64,000 nucleotides of DNA. It comes from Patescibacteria group bacterium (lineage in GTDB: Bacteria > Patescibacteriota > Patescibacteriia > UBA1558 > UBA10009). A model generated the notes under the pieces. The model did no database searches. It was not told the origin of the DNA and saw only the letters and a program-made list of their open reading frames with translations. The stretch is from positions 7,398 through 71,397 of the forward strand of contig JBAZSE010000004.1 of assembly GCA_041662565.1 (NCBI GenBank). The letters run 5' to 3'. Within the stretch, counting starts at the first letter, position 1; each line of letters begins with the position of its first letter. Below, in pieces: positions 1-10,574 of this stretch. A program made the translations under genes and the position numbers.

Positions 1-962
1 TGCGCGTCCCAATCTCTAAAAGCAATATTATTTCCAGACAATTGAAGATTGGTATCAGAAGACCCCTCGTACTCGCTTGTTCCCATAATTTTTCCGTTAT
101 AAACTATACCCCCATCATATAATTTTTTACTTGAACCATCGGCTTCATTAAGCCAATATTCTTGCTTACCATAAGCAATATTATCTCCCGAAAGAACTGG
201 ATCACGACCATAGCCCAAATCCTTACCATTATATATTACATGAAATACTTTATTATCATTACTAAATGGCGTACCTAGATAAACATCTATCATGAAAGCG
301 TAATTATTACCCGAGATCACTAATCCGTGGGGTGTTTGGGTAGTACCTTCAATATCTGTTATGTTATTGTATGTGTAAATATCCTTATCGTCATAAATTA
401 AGTGCGACTTGTTATCAATTTGCTTAAAATAGGCGTAATGTCCATCAGCAAAAACTGCTCCATCTGGTAACTCTTTTCCGTTATAAAACTTTTTCAAATA
501 ACCATTATCCACGAGTTTTCCAAATATAATTTTATCATTATTGAGTTGTAAATAATCTATTGCTCCATCTGTTCTTGTTTTTGCCCCAACCTCCCCAATA
601 GCTTTTCCATTGAGGATTATCCTAGTTTTATCATCAGCAGTGCTAATGTAAGCAAAATTCAAATTTTCTTTATTTTGTTTTACAGCACCTATGCCTAATG
701 GATTATAACCTTTCTTTACTTCATCACCGTCTAAATAGCTGTCTCCGTCGCTATCAGCTTTTTGCGGATCAGTGCCTAATGTTTTTTCTTGAGCATTATC
801 TAAGCCATCATTATCACAATCCTGAATATCACTTTTTAAATCGCAAGTGATTTTTTCTTGAGTTTTTTGATCCGAAACAATAACGTTCCTTTTAGAAATG
901 CCCGGAATTGAACAACCTGCAGTTAATAAAATTAAAATTAGAGCAATTAATAATTTTTTCAT
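1..962 (-). CDS. Lipoprotein, partial (C-terminus lies outside the window). Lipobox signal MKKLLIALILILLTAGC, then thrombospondin-type-3-like Ca-binding repeats (DCDNDGLDNAQE, DSDGDSYLDGDE), then recurring YNGK-x-x-G repeats suggesting a beta-propeller.
   Basis: Manual reverse-strand translation from ATG at 960-962. The ORF runs off the window edge, so it is absent from the supplied ORF track. Confidence 0.5.
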   Translation of the reverse strand, partial: MKKLLIALILILLTAGCSIPGISKRNVIVSDQKTQEKITCDLKSDIQDCDNDGLDNAQEKTLGTDPQKADSDGDSYLDGDEVKKGYNPLGIGAVKQNKENLNFAYISTADDKTRIILNGKAIGEVGAKTRTDGAIDYLQLNNDKIIFGKLVDNGYLKKFYNGKELPDGAVFADGHYAYFKQIDNKSHLIYDDKDIYTYNNITDIEGTTQTPHGLVISGNNYAFMIDVYLGTPFSNDNKVFHVIYNGKDLGYGRDPVLSGDNIAYGKQEYWLNEADGSSKKLYDGGIVYNGKIMGTSEYEGSSDTNLQLSGNNIAFRDWDA

Positions 963-1008
963 ATAAATATATTTAAACTAATAAAAAAATAATTTATTAA
1001 TTAAATAA

Positions 1009-1485
1009 TCACCCTCCGCTTTTAACTTCTTCCGGCCACTTATAATTTATATCCGGATCATTCCAGGCAAAACGAATTTCGTCCGGTTCTTGATAATTAT
1101 AATGCATGGTAGGAACATTAACTATTTTGGCTTGCGGGCAATCAACAGCCGTAAAACCATGGGCCACACCCTTGGGAATTTTAACCAAGATGTGTTCACC
1201 TTCAACATCGGGTGCTGACATTATAAATTCCTGCGCTTGGCCGTAAGTTGAAGAATCTTTGCGCATATCATACAGCGCCACCAAGGCCTTGCCTTCAACG
1301 CAAATAAAATGATCATCTTGCAGATTATGGAAATGCCAGGCCTTAACCGTTCCCCTTTTAACCAAAGTTAAATACACTTGGCCGAATTTTTGAAAAATTT
1401 CATCATCATCACGCAAAAATTCCATTAGCAAACCACGTTCATCGGCCAAAGGTTTAAGTTGTTTAACTTTAACGTCTTGAATCAT
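1009..1485 (-). CDS. dTDP-4-dehydrorhamnose 3,5-epimerase-like cupin (RmlC family)
   Basis: 158 aa with RmlC-type motifs (DERGLLMEF, WHFH, IPKGVAHGF). Overlaps the downstream membrane ORF by 17 nt. Confidence 0.6.
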   Translation of the reverse strand: MIQDVKVKQLKPLADERGLLMEFLRDDDEIFQKFGQVYLTLVKRGTVKAWHFHNLQDDHFICVEGKALVALYDMRKDSSTYGQAQEFIMSAPDVEGEHILVKIPKGVAHGFTAVDCPQAKIVNVPTMHYNYQEPDEIRFAWNDPDINYKWPEEVKSGG

Positions 1486-1912
1486 AAAATAAATTTAAAA
1501 CCAAATAAATTAATAAGGCGCCAAAAATAGCTGTAAATACGCCTAAATCACCTAAAATATCAGCTAAAGCAAGATATAAAAACAGTGCTACCAGTATAGC
1601 AAAGATGCCGGCAAAGAGGTAGTAGTATTTTTTGATTCTAGGTCTATGGTAATGAAAAAATGACGATATTTGGCTAATATTAGCATAATTTTGACCAAAT
1701 AGTAAAATTATCAAACCGCTGATAATAGCAAAAACCAAAAGCAAATTAAGATCAAAATAATTGCTAATCAAACCTGTTTTAAAGTTTTCCAAGGCAAAAT
1801 AAGCAATAAAGGTGGTGCCAAAAACAACAAAAACAGTGGGGCAAATGCGCACAATGTATATGCCTAAATATTTAATAAAATTATGGATGAATTTTTTTGT
1901 ACCAAATGACAT
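1469..1912 (-). CDS. Small integral membrane protein (4 predicted TM), function unknown
   Basis: Hydrophobic 147-aa ORF with ATG start, co-directional with neighbours. Confidence 0.4.
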   Translation of the reverse strand: MSFGTKKFIHNFIKYLGIYIVRICPTVFVVFGTTFIAYFALENFKTGLISNYFDLNLLLVFAIISGLIILLFGQNYANISQISSFFHYHRPRIKKYYYLFAGIFAILVALFLYLALADILGDLGVFTAIFGALLIYLVLNLFYDSRR

Positions 1913-1926
1913 AGTAGCAAATAAAT

Positions 1927-3423
1927 TTAAAACCTCTCTTTAATATACTTGAATACTTTTTGGATCAGTTCTTGGTTGGACATCGGTTCACGATCAAAAA
2001 TAACTTTAATGCTTTGTAAAGTAATGGGCTGATGATTGGTGTTAAGTTCCGGCGCACTAATGGCAAAACGCAATTTACGATTTAAAACGGCGGCATTAGC
2101 TAAAGAAAAAGTTACTTGTCCGGTTTTAAAACCATTAACATTAACAGGGGTCTGGTAATCGCTGATAATGTAATCTATATCGGGAGTGAGGGTTAAATCC
2201 TTTAAATTATAAATTTCGGGATTAAAAAACATTTCCTGTGAAAAAGCCATTAATCCCTGGCCAAAAATTTTAAGATCATTTTTAGGTGAATAAATATAGA
2301 CAGGCGATTGTTGGGCTGTAATAAAATAATTTTGATGGGTTTTATCCAAAACAACGCTTTGATTGTTATTAATGCCAATCGTTTGCAAGCCGGCCGGATG
2401 AGAAGTGTAAAAACCCAAACGAGGCATAGTGCTATAAATAGCTGTTGGCTGGTATTTTAAATCAGTAAATCCATCGCTGTACTCCACACTATCCCCCAGA
2501 TAAAGGCTATTGATAAAAGTTAGATACTGCTGTTTGGTTTTGATTTGCCTAATAAAGATATCGTCGTTTATTACCAGTTCCAAGCGGTACACGCCTTCGG
2601 GCAAACCAGCCATTTTAGCTTTTACTGTTCTAGGTATTGATGCGCCCACCAGATTGCCAACATGCCCATCATCCTCAAGTTTAATCTGGTTGATTTTTTG
2701 GCCTAATTCATTATACACATTAATCAGAATAGGATCCGGGCCTTTGGTCCGGTTGATATCTTGGATAATAAAACTGAAATCTAAAGCTTCATTTTTTATA
2801 TAGGTATAAAAACTATGCTTGCCACGCAAGGTTTTATTTAAAAAATTATCAACATTTTGCGGACGATAATTTGGCAAGAAAAATTTACGTGGCAACTTAT
2901 AGTTAATTGCCGCGATATTTGACAAAGAATTTACATTAGCTAAAAATTGTTCTCTTGTTAAAAACTTTTTTTCTTTTTGCCAAATAGTCCCCTGTTCGCT
3001 TACCATTTTAAACCAAGGTAAATTATCTAAAAGCTGATTTTCCAAGGGTTTAAAATCATAATTCCATTCATCATCGCCCGAGTTTCGTAAACCAACTTGT
3101 ACCAAGGGCTGAGTCGTGTTTTGGTAGGTTATTTCTAAAGTTGCCGTAGCAAATTTTTGCGGAATCCTGGTTTCAAAATAAACCGGTTCCTGCAAAATTT
3201 GCTGCCAAGCAACGCCATTACCCTTAACTTGATAAATTGGCGATAAACGGTTGGCCGGAAAAAGATTTGTTAACGCGGGCGAATCATGCTTAAAATTATA
3301 AGTAAACTCCAGATGGCCCGATAAAACCAGATCTTTTTTAATCAATATTCCTAGGATTACAAAAGGAGCGATAATAATTATAACTCGCGTAATTTTATAT
3401 AAATTTTCAAAAAATCTTTTCAT
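1927..3423 (-). CDS. Hypothetical membrane-anchored extracytoplasmic protein
   Basis: 498 aa with a single N-terminal TM helix. No recognisable catalytic motif. Confidence 0.4.
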   Translation of the reverse strand: MKRFFENLYKITRVIIIIAPFVILGILIKKDLVLSGHLEFTYNFKHDSPALTNLFPANRLSPIYQVKGNGVAWQQILQEPVYFETRIPQKFATATLEITYQNTTQPLVQVGLRNSGDDEWNYDFKPLENQLLDNLPWFKMVSEQGTIWQKEKKFLTREQFLANVNSLSNIAAINYKLPRKFFLPNYRPQNVDNFLNKTLRGKHSFYTYIKNEALDFSFIIQDINRTKGPDPILINVYNELGQKINQIKLEDDGHVGNLVGASIPRTVKAKMAGLPEGVYRLELVINDDIFIRQIKTKQQYLTFINSLYLGDSVEYSDGFTDLKYQPTAIYSTMPRLGFYTSHPAGLQTIGINNNQSVVLDKTHQNYFITAQQSPVYIYSPKNDLKIFGQGLMAFSQEMFFNPEIYNLKDLTLTPDIDYIISDYQTPVNVNGFKTGQVTFSLANAAVLNRKLRFAISAPELNTNHQPITLQSIKVIFDREPMSNQELIQKVFKYIKERF

Positions 3424-3473
3424 AGCTGATTATAATCCATAACCTATAATCAAAAGCGGTTATAGATTATGGG

Positions 3474-5126
3474 TTATTGATCATTTTTTTGAATAGGATA
3501 CAAGCTCTGATTGCCGAATTTTAATTTTTCTTTGCCCAACTTTAAGCCATATTGGCTATAAGTATTGGTATTAGCGTAAGCAAAATTTTCAGGTAATAAG
3601 GTAAAATCAAAATTATAAACCGGAAAACCGTTTTGAATCAGTTCTTTGATTTTATCATAATCCGCAGAAACGTTTAATTTAAAAATCACCGAACGGCTAG
3701 GAAAAAAAACCTTATCCATTCTGCCAGCCACAATAACGGCATTAGGTTCGGTTTGTTCATTAACCAGTTCAGATAAGATTTGGTAATTTTTTAAATTTTT
3801 TGCGACCTTTACAATGGATTCGGTTCCATTCAACATTACTGTTTTATAAGAAATTAAAGCCAAACAAGTAAAAATAAAGATAATAACTGCGGATTTGGCT
3901 ATGGTAAATCTTTTTAATAGAATATTTAACGCGCCTGCCAAAAATGGCAAAGAAAATAGATAGATCAGCAACCAATACCTGATGTATGAAGTGCCGATGG
4001 TTATGGCACCTGGATCCGGATTATCATAAAACAACCAACTGCCATAGTAGAAAATCAGATACATTCCAACCAGTGCCAGTAGAGCTATGTAGCTAAAAAA
4101 CTTTTTTTGATGCCAAAATTTTTTGGCCATAAATAACTGATGAAACAAAACCGTCACAAAACCCGATAAGATTAAAACCGACCACAAGGGAAAAATAACA
4201 AAGGTGTAATTATAAAAATTTTTAAGTGCCAGCGGAATATTCAAGCCAAAAGGCAAAAAAATCTGTTGAACCAATGATAATCCCTGCGTTAAAATGTTAT
4301 TCTCCGCCAGATTGTATTTTAAACTGTACCCGACCGAAAACGGACTGCCGTAAATTTGCAGATTATAATAAAAAATTGATGAAAAAACTGCCAAAAATAT
4401 AGCCAGTGATCCAAAAAGGTAAGGCCAGTTTATTTTTTTCCAATTACTGATTAATAAAATTAAAAATAACGGACCGAGCCAAACTATCTCCGATGTTCTA
4501 ACCATTAATGCCAAAGCCGTAAAAAAACCAAATAACAAGTAAAATAATAATTTTTCGCGATTAAACGACTTAAGAAAATAATACAAAGCTATGATAAAAA
4601 ATACCGCAAAAACAACATTCGGCATCAGCCCTTTTTCGGCATAATACCAATAACCCGGAAACAAATACGCCAATGAAGCCGAAAATAAGGCAACAGCCGG
4701 ATCAAAAATTAATTTAATTAAAAGATAGAAAAAAACCACGCCAACTACCGCCAACATGGGTGTAAAAAATGGAATCGCCGCCACTCCTGTTAATTTGGCT
4801 AAAGTTCCGTAAATAATAGGCAAACCGATAAATCCGGCCGGGACTGTTGCACTGTTAATCACCCGCATGCTTCTAGGTGTTACCAAATCTTTGGCAATAA
4901 AATTTGCCGGATCAATAAAAGATAATCGGGTGTGAGCGGCAAACTGACGGGTATAAAATAGATTGGCAGTTTCATCCGGAGAATTTAAAATTGGTTCTGG
5001 CTGATTAATGTTTGCACCTGGTAAAGTTGAAGCTAAATAGGAATATGCCACAAAAAAAATAACGCCCAATAAAATTACCACCAACAGGCCATTATCTATC
5101 TTGCTTTTTGTATTAATATCAGCCAT
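3474..5126 (-). CDS. GT-C fold glycosyltransferase, PMT/ArnT-like (GT39/GT83 family)
   Basis: 550 aa, about 12 TM helices, N-terminal loop carries a DE motif (NSPDETANLFYTRQFAAH). Architecture typical of polyprenyl-phosphate-sugar-dependent transferases. Confidence 0.5.
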   Translation of the reverse strand: MADINTKSKIDNGLLVVILLGVIFFVAYSYLASTLPGANINQPEPILNSPDETANLFYTRQFAAHTRLSFIDPANFIAKDLVTPRSMRVINSATVPAGFIGLPIIYGTLAKLTGVAAIPFFTPMLAVVGVVFFYLLIKLIFDPAVALFSASLAYLFPGYWYYAEKGLMPNVVFAVFFIIALYYFLKSFNREKLLFYLLFGFFTALALMVRTSEIVWLGPLFLILLISNWKKINWPYLFGSLAIFLAVFSSIFYYNLQIYGSPFSVGYSLKYNLAENNILTQGLSLVQQIFLPFGLNIPLALKNFYNYTFVIFPLWSVLILSGFVTVLFHQLFMAKKFWHQKKFFSYIALLALVGMYLIFYYGSWLFYDNPDPGAITIGTSYIRYWLLIYLFSLPFLAGALNILLKRFTIAKSAVIIFIFTCLALISYKTVMLNGTESIVKVAKNLKNYQILSELVNEQTEPNAVIVAGRMDKVFFPSRSVIFKLNVSADYDKIKELIQNGFPVYNFDFTLLPENFAYANTNTYSQYGLKLGKEKLKFGNQSLYPIQKNDQ

Positions 5127-5192
5127 AAGTTGTTACAATTATACCATTTTTAAATGTTTCTCTCAAATCAAGTTTTATGGTAAAATTAATTA

Positions 5193-7322
5193 ATGGTTAT
5201 CAATCTAAACTATTTTAAATTTTCTCTGTTGCTGTTAATTTTACTGGCTTTTAACATACTTAACTGGCCAGCAGCTGTAATTGCCTCACTCGCAGGCGCT
5301 TTATTTTTAATTTTTGCCGGTTTGGCCATTGGCAATTGGCTGTTTATAAAAAATTCCTGGACCTGTCGTTTTATTTACGGCCTCCTATTTACAGGAGTTT
5401 TCGCCGCTTTAATTAATACCGCGTTCTTTTATCTTTCTAAAATGGACCAAAATGCCCACTTGGCCACTTTAGTTTTAATTTTTATTTTAACAACCTTGGC
5501 TGTTAAAAAACATCCTTTAATTTTTAACTTAAGTTGGAAGTTCGTTTGGCCGCGCTTAAATTTAACCTTATTAACTCTGGGCTACGGTTTTTTTATTGCC
5601 CTAATGTTTTGGCTTATTTTTAAAGCTCAAACAATCGTTTCAATTCGTTCACCTTGGGAAACAATTACCCCACAGATTTTTTTGTTATATTTTTTGGCTA
5701 CTTTTATTCTCTATGCCATTATAAAATTTTCCCATAGCAATAAAACATTGTTTTTAGTTTGTCTGCATGCTTTTTTAAGTTTTAGCGTAGCGTTGATAAT
5801 TTATCGCTTGGGTTTTGATTATGATCCTTTTATTCATCGCGAAAATCTACGCCTTATAGCCAAAAACGGCACTTTGCTACCCAAGCCGTTTTATTATATC
5901 GGTCAATACGGCTTAATTATTTTTTTAAGTAAACTTTTAAAAATTGGCCTGGATAATCTGGATAAGTTGTTATTACCATTAATGTCGGCTGTTTATTTGC
6001 CCACTACCGTTTATTACGCTTTTAAAGATAACTTTAAGGCGGAAAACAAAAATGTTATTTTAACCGCCTTAACGATTTTACTTTTGCCTTTTGGCGGATT
6101 TATTTTAACCACCCCCCAAGCGCTGGCCAATCTTTTTTCTTTAATAACGATTTTGCTTTCTTTATACTACATTAACCATCCGCGTGTAGCGCTGTGGCCA
6201 TTGGCTTTATTGGTGATAATGGCTTTGGTTGTTCATCCTTTGGCGGGCTTGCCTTTATTTTTCTTTTTTGCAGTTTTGGCTTTTTACCAACATCGACAGA
6301 AAAAATTCCCCCTAACTGGAACAAGCAATTTGCCAAAAATAATCCATCAATCAATTCTTTGGGAAATAATTATTTTGGGATCTTTGGCCTTGCCTGTTGC
6401 TTTTTTGATCAATTCGTATACCCTATCCCAACTTAAAGTAACTCTTTCCAGTAGCTGGGTTGCCAATATTATCGCTTCACTTTCGCACCAAACTGCTTTG
6501 TTTTACTACCGGCCGTTTATTTCTTTAACCGATTTAGTTTACAGCTTTGGCAAAAACAGCACTTTAATTATTTTTGTTTTGGCTTTAACTGGATTATTTT
6601 TTGTGGTAAAACATCGGCAATTTAAGCCCTATTTTGCTTACTTAGCAGGATTTTTAATGCTGATAATGAACTACTTTTTGGTTAAAGGCATGATTTCATT
6701 TTTTTCTCTGCTTTCTTACGAACAAATCACCTATCCCAAACGCATATTGGAAATAAGTATCTATTTATTACTGCCCTTTATTATCATTTCTCTTTATCTT
6801 TTTTTCCAAAAATTACAACAGCAAAAATCAGCAGTTATTTTATTATCTTTTGTTTTATTGTCAGTAGGGCTTAGCTGTTCTTGGTACTTGGCTTATCCCA
6901 GAGTTGATAAAATATCCGAAGATCACGGCTATTCCAGCTCTCAAACCGATTTTAAAACAGTAAAATTTATTGATGAGTTACAAAAAAGCCAGCCCTATAT
7001 TGTGCTAGCTGCCCAGCCCGTTAGCGCCGCCGCCATTAGTTCTTTGGGCTTTAAATACTACTATAACGATAACTTTTTTTATCCGGTTCCTACCGCTAGC
7101 CGCTTATATGGGCTATACGAAGATTTGGCCTATGCTAAAGGCAATACCGGAGAAATTATTGCCACAGCCGGCTATTTAACCGGCGTTACAGATATTTATT
7201 TTGTTTTAAACAATTACTGGCTTAATGCTTCGGATTTGATTGAAAAGCACAAACAATCGGCCGACCAATGGTTTGCCATTGACGGTAAAAATTATATATT
7301 TAAATATCAAATTGGCAAATAA
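5193..7322 (+). CDS. Large polytopic membrane protein (more than 14 TM), unknown; possibly GT-C or polymerase-like
   Basis: 709 aa, highly hydrophobic. The only plus-strand gene in the first 28 kb. Confidence 0.45.
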   Translation: MVINLNYFKFSLLLLILLAFNILNWPAAVIASLAGALFLIFAGLAIGNWLFIKNSWTCRFIYGLLFTGVFAALINTAFFYLSKMDQNAHLATLVLIFILTTLAVKKHPLIFNLSWKFVWPRLNLTLLTLGYGFFIALMFWLIFKAQTIVSIRSPWETITPQIFLLYFLATFILYAIIKFSHSNKTLFLVCLHAFLSFSVALIIYRLGFDYDPFIHRENLRLIAKNGTLLPKPFYYIGQYGLIIFLSKLLKIGLDNLDKLLLPLMSAVYLPTTVYYAFKDNFKAENKNVILTALTILLLPFGGFILTTPQALANLFSLITILLSLYYINHPRVALWPLALLVIMALVVHPLAGLPLFFFFAVLAFYQHRQKKFPLTGTSNLPKIIHQSILWEIIILGSLALPVAFLINSYTLSQLKVTLSSSWVANIIASLSHQTALFYYRPFISLTDLVYSFGKNSTLIIFVLALTGLFFVVKHRQFKPYFAYLAGFLMLIMNYFLVKGMISFFSLLSYEQITYPKRILEISIYLLLPFIIISLYLFFQKLQQQKSAVILLSFVLLSVGLSCSWYLAYPRVDKISEDHGYSSSQTDFKTVKFIDELQKSQPYIVLAAQPVSAAAISSLGFKYYYNDNFFYPVPTASRLYGLYEDLAYAKGNTGEIIATAGYLTGVTDIYFVLNNYWLNASDLIEKHKQSADQWFAIDGKNYIFKYQIGK

Positions 7323-7352
7323 AACATTTGCTAACGCGTTATTGAAGAAATT

Positions 7353-8246
7353 TTATTTTTTTTCCAAAATAACAATCCAGTGCCAATTTAACTTTTTAAT
7401 TAAGGGCAGTTGAAGCAGAATTTCATCAATTAGCAAAAACAGCCATTCAATTATCAGAGGGATGCGAATCCTTTTTTTAAGTTTAAACAAACGGTATAAC
7501 GCTTCCAAACCATAATGCAAAAAACCTTGCAAAAGCCAAACTCTTTTAAATTTAATTACCGATAAAGGAAGAGCTGCGATTAACCGCTGCCAATCGCGCT
7601 TATCATAGCCAGGATGAGTTTCATCGGCCTCCGAATGACCATGATGGATGCGCAATCGAGCACTGTTTTTAAACAACTTGGTAAAACTCATCATAAAACG
7701 CGAAGGTTCCATGGCGCAAATAATCATACCGCCTGGTTTAACAACTCTAAACATTTCCTGCAAAGCGATATCCTGGCGCTCAAAATGATGCAGCGATGCC
7801 ACGATAAAAACCGCATTTACCGAATTATCAGGCAAGGGCAAATTTTGACCATCGGCTACCAAATAAATTACCTGTGAAGAATGTTGCGGATATTTTTCAT
7901 TGATTTTTTGTTTAATGCCCGAAATCGACTCCGGGCTGATATCGGAAACTATCAAATTATATCCCATTTTAAGCAAGGATAAAGAGTCATATCCGCTACC
8001 GGCACCAATTTCTAAAATAATCGAATTGTTGGAAAAACCGGAAAAATATTTTTTAAAATAATCGTGATAATAAGTATTGCGCAAAGAATTCAATTGGTGC
8101 ACTTCTTCTTCATCCTGATGAATGGCATTATGAAATAATATTTCTTGCTGTTGAAATTGGGTAACTTTGGGCAAATAAAAAAATAACCCGGCTTGATTAT
8201 CGCATTTAATTTTTAAATCTTGGTTTACTTTTTCAAATTCCTGCAT
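7353..8246 (-). CDS. Class I SAM-dependent methyltransferase
   Basis: Motif I ILEIGAGSGYDSLSL with an acidic post-I residue (VSDISPE). Confidence 0.65.
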   Translation of the reverse strand: MQEFEKVNQDLKIKCDNQAGLFFYLPKVTQFQQQEILFHNAIHQDEEEVHQLNSLRNTYYHDYFKKYFSGFSNNSIILEIGAGSGYDSLSLLKMGYNLIVSDISPESISGIKQKINEKYPQHSSQVIYLVADGQNLPLPDNSVNAVFIVASLHHFERQDIALQEMFRVVKPGGMIICAMEPSRFMMSFTKLFKNSARLRIHHGHSEADETHPGYDKRDWQRLIAALPLSVIKFKRVWLLQGFLHYGLEALYRLFKLKKRIRIPLIIEWLFLLIDEILLQLPLIKKLNWHWIVILEKK

Positions 8247-9418
8247 AAAGAAATTAATTTATCCAGATAATTTTCTAACGAAAAACTTTTTACATAATCA
8301 TAAGCTTTTTGCCCCATATCCGGCAAATTGTTTTTATCATGTAAAATCATTTTTAGTTGATCAACTAAATCAACTTCACTGTTACTTTTAAAAATCCAAC
8401 CGGTTTCGGGCTCTTTAACCAATTCTTGGCTGCCGCCAACGTCAGAAACTAAAACCGGGGTTTTTTGGCTATAGGCCTCAAGTATGACCATTGGTGAATT
8501 TTCCCACCACAATGAAGGCAAGACCAACAAATCAGCCAATTTAAACAAATCATCAAGCTGTTCCCTGGCAACCTGGCCGATCACGTTAATTTTGCCGTTA
8601 CTCTTATTTGCCAGCGATTTTATCAATTCAAACTGGGTACCGGTACCAGCGACGGTCAAATTTAACCTAGAATTATCTAATTTTAAAATTGTCTCAACTA
8701 AAAACTTAATGCCTTTATGGGGCTCTAGTTGCCCAAGATACAGCAGGCGCAAATTATTTTCTAAATCTTTATTTTGCGGCTTTTGATTGTTAAAGTTTTC
8801 TACAGGATTTGGCAATACAACGCACTGTGAATTTTTAAAAAAACCATATTCCAAATGTTTATTTAAAACAAATTGGGAAGGTGAAATAACTATATCCGGA
8901 TTACCTATGGCGAGCCGGGTAAAATACCTGTACACAACATAAAATATATTCTTAAGGAGCAAATTTTTGCCATAGCGATGCATGGAGCCGTGAGGATCAA
9001 GCAATTGATAATCGTGCAAAGTGTGAATGTGCTTTAAGCCAAGGGCTCTAATAACTTTAGGAATACCCAAGCTTAAGCCCTTAAGATTATGGGTAAAAAC
9101 AAAATCGGGCCGGTTTTTTTGCAGGAATTTTTTTACTTGATTCAAAACTTGCGAATTGAATAAATCATGCCAATGCCAAAAAAATTTTTGCAATAGATTT
9201 TTAGGTAAAGGGTCTGCCAAATAATAATTACCCCCTGGATTAATCCGGCAAATATTTATACCTTCGTAATCTTGGCAAGATAACGTTTCGGTTGGCTGTG
9301 TGGTAATAACAAAAACCTCGCCCTTTTTTTGCAATCCCTTGGCTAAAATTTCCACCACCCTTTCCGCCCCGCCCCGAGAGTAAGGAGGATATAAATTATT
9401 AATCAAGCAAAATTTCAT
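8225..9418 (-). CDS. Glycosyltransferase family 4 (GT-B)
   Basis: N-terminal YPPYSRGGAERVV and C-terminal E-x7-E region (LPSLWWENSPMVILEAYSQKTPVLVSDVGG). Confidence 0.7.
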   Translation of the reverse strand: MKFCLINNLYPPYSRGGAERVVEILAKGLQKKGEVFVITTQPTETLSCQDYEGINICRINPGGNYYLADPLPKNLLQKFFWHWHDLFNSQVLNQVKKFLQKNRPDFVFTHNLKGLSLGIPKVIRALGLKHIHTLHDYQLLDPHGSMHRYGKNLLLKNIFYVVYRYFTRLAIGNPDIVISPSQFVLNKHLEYGFFKNSQCVVLPNPVENFNNQKPQNKDLENNLRLLYLGQLEPHKGIKFLVETILKLDNSRLNLTVAGTGTQFELIKSLANKSNGKINVIGQVAREQLDDLFKLADLLVLPSLWWENSPMVILEAYSQKTPVLVSDVGGSQELVKEPETGWIFKSNSEVDLVDQLKMILHDKNNLPDMGQKAYDYVKSFSLENYLDKLISLCRNLKK

Positions 9419-10572
9419 GATTTATTATGGTAAATATCCAACAGATCACGGGTAATTATTTGCCAACTATAAGTTTCTTCCACGCGTTTTCTGCCTCGCG
9501 CGCCATATTCGATTGCCTGAGCGGGGTTATCCAAAAAAAACTTTAGCTGGGTTACCAGCTGACCCACATCTTTGGGTTTAAATAAGCGGCCGCTTTCATT
9601 AATGCCCACAACTTTTCTAACTCCGGGCAAATTAGCAGCCACTACCGGTTTGGCGCAAGCCATAGCTTCCAATAAAACCATACCAAAGGCCTCGCTTTGG
9701 TCAATTGAGGGCAACACAAAAATATCGGCTAAATGATAATGCCCGCTTAATGCGGAATCCGAAATATAACCTGTAAAAATAATTTTTTCGCTTAAGCCAT
9801 AAGATTCTGCCAAATCTTCGTAAATCGGCCGCAAATCGCCATCGCCGACAATAATTAGCTTAACATCCTCGCGGTTTAAAATTTCCAAGGCCTTAATTAA
9901 ATAATTTACTCCTTTAAAATAATGAGCCGAATCCAATCCACCAACGAATAAAATGACTTTTTTGCCACCCAAGCCGTACTTATCTGCCAATGTCTGATCG
10001 GCGGGTAAAGGCCTAAAGTTGTTAATATCAACCCCGTTAGGCATAATTTTGAATTTGCCGGGATATTTTAGATAAAATTGCTGGACCAATGATTGTTTTA
10101 AATAATCTTCCGAATTAACTATTACCGCATCTGCCCTTTTTATTAACTGGTGCAAAAATATCAAACTATAAAATTTAAAAAAATATGAATGCCAACCCCG
10201 GCCAACCAAATCCATGTGATAATGCAAAATTACCTTTAATTTTTTACCTTTTAGCAACTTGACGATTATTAATGGCAAAGCCGCTCCGATAAAAGGATAA
10301 TGAAAATGAACAATATCGAATTTCCAGACCCGCCAAAGCAGCTGCATAACAATGGCGCCATTACCATACTTGAATTGCGGATTAAGCTTGTGGATTTCAA
10401 AAAAACTGCTAATGTCACTTTCCATCCAGCTGTACCGCGGCGTTAAAACGGTAACTTGATATCCTAAACGGCTAAGATGATCCGAAATATTATAACAAAC
10501 ATTGCCAATGCCGCCTCGGTAAGGCGGAAAGGTACAAACAACTTGAGCGATTTTTGTTTTACCGTCGGGCAT
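9415..10572 (-). CDS. Glycosyltransferase family 4 (GT-B)
   Basis: GT4 motifs (FPPYRGGIGN, VLPSIDQSEAFGMVLLEAMACAKPVVA). The track start is TTG; the in-frame ATG at 10572 (MPDGKTK) is preferred. Confidence 0.7.
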   Translation of the reverse strand: MPDGKTKIAQVVCTFPPYRGGIGNVCYNISDHLSRLGYQVTVLTPRYSWMESDISSFFEIHKLNPQFKYGNGAIVMQLLWRVWKFDIVHFHYPFIGAALPLIIVKLLKGKKLKVILHYHMDLVGRGWHSYFFKFYSLIFLHQLIKRADAVIVNSEDYLKQSLVQQFYLKYPGKFKIMPNGVDINNFRPLPADQTLADKYGLGGKKVILFVGGLDSAHYFKGVNYLIKALEILNREDVKLIIVGDGDLRPIYEDLAESYGLSEKIIFTGYISDSALSGHYHLADIFVLPSIDQSEAFGMVLLEAMACAKPVVAANLPGVRKVVGINESGRLFKPKDVGQLVTQLKFFLDNPAQAIEYGARGRKRVEETYSWQIITRDLLDIYHNKS

Positions 10573-10574
10573 AA

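Noticed and set aside
2510-2803. The many 60-140-aa ORFs on the strand opposite long genes (for example 2510-2803, 6172-6436, 13108-13881, 14481-15239, 36093-36425, 43035-43298, 53565-54003)
   Set aside because: They lie entirely inside well-supported genes on the other strand and have low-complexity or odd composition. I treat them as shadow ORFs.
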